From positions 1-64,000 of the forward strand of contig NW_027437471.1 of assembly GCF_964204645.1 (NCBI RefSeq): 64,000 bases of DNA, read 5' to 3'. The position numbers were made by a program, and so were the translations under genes. The notes below the pieces were generated by a model. It did not search any database, was not told where the DNA came from, and saw only the letters and a list, made by a program, of their open reading frames with translations. Positions 59,581 to 64,000 of this stretch are shown piece after piece. The stretch comes from Tubulanus polymorphus (lineage: Eukaryota > Animalia > Nemertea). Position 1 is the first letter of the stretch. Each line of letters starts with the position of its first letter.

Positions 59581-62040
59581 CTACGGGACGTTCATGCCTC
59601 GGGGCGTGTTCGTGTCGAGTCGTCGTATCCAGTCTTGTTCGGCTGCTTCGCGGATCGGTCTCGTGGAGCCTGGTAGGTGTTGGAGACCGTACACCCGAAA
59701 GTGTTCGCGGGTGTGGTCGACTTGGTTGAAGTGGTCCGAGACTGGAGTCGAATTCTTCGTTCTGATGCGTGAGACGTGATGAGTGACGCGTTCTCGTAGA
59801 GACATTCCGGTTTGGCCGACGTACAGCATGTTGCACTTGGTGCATTCGATGCAGTATACAATTTCACGGGTCGCGCAATTAATTGTGCTGCGGATCGCGT
59901 GCATTTTGTTGTGGCTGCGGCAAACGGTTGTTTCTCGGACGAGTGGACACGTACGACATCTCGGTGTTCTGCATTTCTCGGTGCCTCGACGTCGGGTTGA
60001 CGGAGTTCTTTGAGTAGACCTGGAAATAGAAGAATTGGAAACAACGGAAGTATTTCTGTTACGATGCGGTGAAGAGGGGACTCGGGGAGGGGGTGGCTCC
60101 GTGGGTTTGAGCTGCGACGAAGTTAGGAGATCTTTGAGACTCTTGTGCTTGGTGTAGGCGGTGACCGTGGTTACCTCGTCAGACCGGCCGGTGGCCGTAG
60201 CCAGTTCCGTAAATCTGGTTCGGATGTTACGGGCTAGGGTTCGGTTGGCTTCGGAGTGAGGTAAGATAAGCGGTAAACGCTTTTTCGGCGGTTCGTCGGC
60301 CCGTTGTTGTTCTCGTAGATCTCGTTCGGCGTGGTGCCGTAGAGCTTGGCTTTTGATGTGTCGCAGTTCGCGGTCTTTGTAGCCACGACCTCTGAGTACT
60401 TTAAGGACGGTTCCGGACGCTGCGTGTAAGTCCGAATCGTTATTGCAGATGCGCCGGAACCGGAGAATTTGACTTTTAACTATACCGGAAAATGTGTGTT
60501 TAGGGTGAAACGAGGATCGATGTAGTAATTGATGCGAATCGGTTGGTTTGAAGTAGACTTTGGTGTCTACTGTGCCACTTGTCTCGAATCGCGGGCCTTT
60601 GAAAGTGGTTACGTCCAGGAAGTTGACGCTGGTGTCGCTGATTTCGAACTTGAGTTTGATGGATCGGCTCACTGTTTGTAGGACGTCGATGAATTGCATC
60701 AACGTTTCGCGGCCGTGTTCCCAAACTATGTAGATGTCGTCGATGAACCGAGCGTATAGCGATGGTTGGAGTTCGCTTCTGGACAGACCTTCTTTTTCCC
60801 ATTCGGCTACAAAGATATTGGCATAAGAAGGAGCAAAACGCTTACCCATTGCGGTACCTTTTACCTGTAAATATGTGTTTTCGTTAAAGTTAAAGTCATT
60901 TTTCTTCAGGCTGATTTCGAGTAGTTTCAGCAGCTCGGCATCCGGGCGTCCCGGGTTCGGGTTATCTCGGAGAGCTTGTCGGATGCTGGCGATACCCTCT
61001 TCGTGGGGGATGTTGGTGTAGAGCGAATCGATGTCCATGGTGACGAGTAACGCATCGGCGCTAAATTGTTTACCGGCCAAAATATCTAGAAAGTGGTTGG
61101 TATCTTTGACGTACGACGGGTGACCGCGGGCGATCGGCTGCAAATAGTAGTCGATCCATTCCGAAATTTCGTAGGTTTCGGAGCCGCAGTCGGAGACGAT
61201 CGGTCTCCCCGGCGGTACGCGATCGGGTATCGTCCACTTCTCGCGTTCTTTATGGATTTTGGGAAGCAGATAGAACTGCCTCTGTTTCGGATTATCGGGC
61301 GGTAATAGATATTCGGCGGTTTTTAGCGGGATGATTTTTCGTCGAGCCATATTTTCGATGATTTCGCGAATTTCTTCCCCGGTCTGTTCGAAGATCGGTT
61401 GCTGCAGCGGCTGATAATACTCGAGATCGGCTAGTTGGCGCATGGCTTCGTGGACGTAGTCGTCGCGGTCCATGATAACCGTAGCGGAACCCTTATCGGC
61501 GGCTTTGATGACAATATTAGTGTTGTCACGCAGCTGCTGGAGGGCTTCGCGTTCCTGTTTAGTGAGGTTATCATTTACGCGACGCGTATCCCTGGTTTGT
61601 TGAGCCAATTCGTGCGCGTCGTTGCAGAACCCGGCGATTACTGGTTCTATTTCATCCGGAGCCCAACTGCTGGGCAGACGGAAACGCGGAGCCTCGCGGT
61701 CCGGTTTGTCTCGGAAGTGATGGTCGAGTTTCACTAGCCGGTTGAATCGGCACACTCCCTTGGTGCGCTCGGTCGCGGCGGCATCAGAACCGATTTTTGG
61801 AGTCGGGCAATAAGTGAGGCCCTTTCGGAGTAGCTGATGTTGCGCCGGACTTAGGCGGAGTGAACGTGTGAGGTTGACCACCGGGCTCCCGAGAGCGGTG
61901 ACCGGATCGCGTCGCGCTTGGTTTGGTGCCGGTTCTTCGTGTTCGTCGGACCTGGAAATGGAAGAAATCAGAGAAGCATTGGTTAATTCCGGTTGATTTA
62001 ACTCACCAATAGTGGACCCGTTGGTCTCACTAATACTTAG
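59581..62040 (-). CDS. PLE RT + GIY-YIG, unit 4
   Basis: Same motifs; intact. Confidence 0.96.
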   Translation of the reverse strand, partial: LSISETNGSTIGELNQPELTNASLISSISRSDEHEEPAPNQARRDPVTALGSPVVNLTRSLRLSPAQHQLLRKGLTYCPTPKIGSDAAATERTKGVCRFNRLVKLDHHFRDKPDREAPRFRLPSSWAPDEIEPVIAGFCNDAHELAQQTRDTRRVNDNLTKQEREALQQLRDNTNIVIKAADKGSATVIMDRDDYVHEAMRQLADLEYYQPLQQPIFEQTGEEIREIIENMARRKIIPLKTAEYLLPPDNPKQRQFYLLPKIHKEREKWTIPDRVPPGRPIVSDCGSETYEISEWIDYYLQPIARGHPSYVKDTNHFLDILAGKQFSADALLVTMDIDSLYTNIPHEEGIASIRQALRDNPNPGRPDAELLKLLEISLKKNDFNFNENTYLQVKGTAMGKRFAPSYANIFVAEWEKEGLSRSELQPSLYARFIDDIYIVWEHGRETLMQFIDVLQTVSRSIKLKFEISDTSVNFLDVTTFKGPRFETSGTVDTKVYFKPTDSHQLLHRSSFHPKHTFSGIVKSQILRFRRICNNDSDLHAASGTVLKVLRGRGYKDRELRHIKSQALRHHAERDLREQQRADEPPKKRLPLILPHSEANRTLARNIRTRFTELATATGRSDEVTTVTAYTKHKSLKDLLTSSQLKPTEPPPPRVPSSPHRNRNTSVVSNSSISRSTQRTPSTRRRGTEKCRTPRCRTCPLVRETTVCRSHNKMHAIRSTINCATREIVYCIECTKCNMLYVGQTGMSLRERVTHHVSRIRTKNSTPVSDHFNQVDHTREHFRVYGLQHLPGSTRPIREAAEQDWIRRLDTNTPRGMNVP

Positions 62041-63608
62041 TTTAAACCACTGAGCCAGTGGTCCAGCAGGGTGTTAGCTGTACCACGGTTCCAGTGGATC
62101 CCGTCTCCAACAACTCTGAAGCGTCGATCATCGATGGGTGGTATCGCGGTGACGTCGTCGTGAATCTCGAGGAATTCGTTGAACTTCCGGGCGAACTGCT
62201 GGTGTTCGCGGGTCGTGTTGAGTTGAACGAAGTGGACGAACGAGTGCTGATACTTCTTGACTGCGGCGTTGATCAGGCGCTGTGTGGTCTTCTTGGCGGT
62301 CGCTTCGAAGTTGTTGTCGCGGTTGTTGATTCCGACGCTGATGATCACCGTATCCGGGCGATCTCGGCGCTCCGGTACAGCATCGATCAGGTCGGCGAGA
62401 TGAGCTATCTTGCAGCCGGGGAAGCTCTCGATCTGGACGTCATCCGGACGGCGGCTTGATGTGATGTTACTCAGATTTGAGTCACCAATCACCAGAATGG
62501 GTCGCCGGGTTGGTGGCAGACTCCAATCCTGTTTCTTCCGACCCGTATTCGGATGACGGCGAACTTCCTGGGGCGCCATCGGTCTCGGTGTAGGCGTCGG
62601 ACTTCGCGCTGGCAGTAGGCGCCCTGGTGACCTGTAATGAGACGGAGAGCTGGAAAGAGAAGAAGAGAGAGACGGCGTCGGACTGCTGGTTGGTGCGGTC
62701 GGCGTTCTCTGCGGCGGCGGCGGCGGCGGCGGCGTCGGGTTTCGAGGCGGCGGCGTCGGACTTCTCGGTGGCGTCGGACTTCTTGGTGGCGGCGGCGGCG
62801 GCGTCGGCATCGGACTTCTCGGTGGTGGCGCCATTCTGGTTGGTGGCGTCCTGGTGACATCCGCGTAGCTTCTCGGTGACCTGGAATCAGAAAAAGAAGG
62901 AGGCGCTGTGGGCGCGGCGGGCGCGACTGCGGTTGGTGCAGGCGTCCTCGGCGTCGCGGGCTTTCGAATCTTCCGGCTCGGTCTCGGCGGCGGACGAATC
63001 TTCGGCTCCGTGGGTGCCTCCTGGTGGTGTGACCTGAAATGAGAAGGGGAAGAAGGTGGGTTAGATAGGACATTTCTGAGTTTGTCAGACAGAGCCTGAC
63101 CGCGGAATTTCGACCGCAAATCCAGCGCGATGTTGAAAAGCCGGATCGTTCCGGGGCTCAGACGGGAGCCGAAATTCCTCCGGGCCCATGTCAGGGCGAC
63201 ATCCTGTGCTGATAGACAGTCCGGCAGAGGATCACCCATTAGCTCAACAAATGTGGCAGCGTAATGGATGGTCAGCTCTTTCGAAACTGTCTCCATCCAG
63301 ACGTCCGCGGCAGCGTGCAGCTGCACCGTTACTGCTTCGGTGCAAGCCGCCGGCCGCAGGAACATCTTCAGATGGTCCTTCTTCCTCCGAATCGCTTTCG
63401 GACCAGAGCTCAACTGGGCAAGGTGGTGCGCCACTTGAAGAGCTCTATAATAGGTTTTCGGCGACATCCCGGGTTGCTGGTGTCGCTCAGGGCGTCCTCC
63501 GCCCTTGCTGGTCTTCTCAGCTGGTGGTCGTTTCTTCTTTCGAGTAGATCGCTCCATTGACAGATATTTCGGCGAGGTTGCCTTCGTCAGTGTCAGTGCA
63601 GGAATCAT
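62037..63608 (-). CDS. PLE ORF1 SGNH esterase, unit 4
   Basis: Same motifs. Confidence 0.9.
   Translation of the reverse strand: MIPALTLTKATSPKYLSMERSTRKKKRPPAEKTSKGGGRPERHQQPGMSPKTYYRALQVAHHLAQLSSGPKAIRRKKDHLKMFLRPAACTEAVTVQLHAAADVWMETVSKELTIHYAATFVELMGDPLPDCLSAQDVALTWARRNFGSRLSPGTIRLFNIALDLRSKFRGQALSDKLRNVLSNPPSSPSHFRSHHQEAPTEPKIRPPPRPSRKIRKPATPRTPAPTAVAPAAPTAPPSFSDSRSPRSYADVTRTPPTRMAPPPRSPMPTPPPPPPRSPTPPRSPTPPPRNPTPPPPPPPQRTPTAPTSSPTPSLSSSLSSSPSHYRSPGRLLPARSPTPTPRPMAPQEVRRHPNTGRKKQDWSLPPTRRPILVIGDSNLSNITSSRRPDDVQIESFPGCKIAHLADLIDAVPERRDRPDTVIISVGINNRDNNFEATAKKTTQRLINAAVKKYQHSFVHFVQLNTTREHQQFARKFNEFLEIHDDVTAIPPIDDRRFRVVGDGIHWNRGTANTLLDHWLSGLN
63558..63595 (-). ncRNA. Hammerhead ribozyme, unit 4
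   Basis: Identical motif. Confidence 0.85.
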
Positions 63609-64000
63609 GCTGAACTAGGATTAGACACGGGTTTTTATACACGCAGCGCGCAACAAGTGAACAGTATTCGAGTTAGAAGTTAAGTGACCATATGAGACCT
63701 TGTGATCTAGACTAATTGTACTTCTGTGATCAAGCTAATAGACAAACTAGGGGTCTGACTAATTATGCCTTTGATCCAGAGTGACTAGAAAACAGCACTA
63801 ATTATGGCCCTTGATCTAGCTGTTGAATAGTTTGCTTTGATGTATAGTTCTAAAGATCTAAAGAACGGCGTGTCTAATATAGAATTGAAAAGTTTATTTC
63901 GATATAACCTAATAAATACTCAAAGTGTTTTCTATAAAGAGAAATCTAGAATATGTATTATTAATATACGTGAACCGGAATGTTCGAAATATGTCCGAGT

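Larger units (their letters stand above)
59460..64000 (-). mobile_element. PLE unit 4 (runs off the window edge)
   Basis: Tandem copy. Confidence 0.95.

Overview
Eukaryotic (animal-like, TTAGGG-telomere) subtelomeric window with three zones. (1) 1-1.9 kb: the last coding exons of IFT88. (2) 2-39.8 kb: gene-poor, repeat-rich DNA. It holds a ~12-13 kb tandem segmental duplication, a three-copy ~2 kb mosaic block, MITEs, tRNA-derived SINE-like elements, mini/microsatellites and RNF19-like pseudogene exons. (3) 39.8-64 kb: an RNF19-like exon is broken mid-exon and continues as TTAGGG repeats. These are followed by a polarised head-to-tail array of a ~6.35 kb Penelope-like retroelement (PLE) on the minus strand: one 5'-truncated copy capped by TTAGGG, three full units, and a fourth running off the window. 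Each unit carries four parts: an SGNH-esterase ORF1; an RT + GIY-YIG ORF joined to ORF1 by a U_UUA_AAC -1 frameshift signal with a downstream hairpin; a minimal hammerhead ribozyme whose predicted cut is 5 nt before the likely ORF1 AUG; and a telomere-complementary motif behind a hairpin, exactly where the element joins telomeric DNA. Together this looks like an endonuclease-containing PLE that heals or extends chromosome ends alongside telomerase. All calls are by eye; no searches were run.
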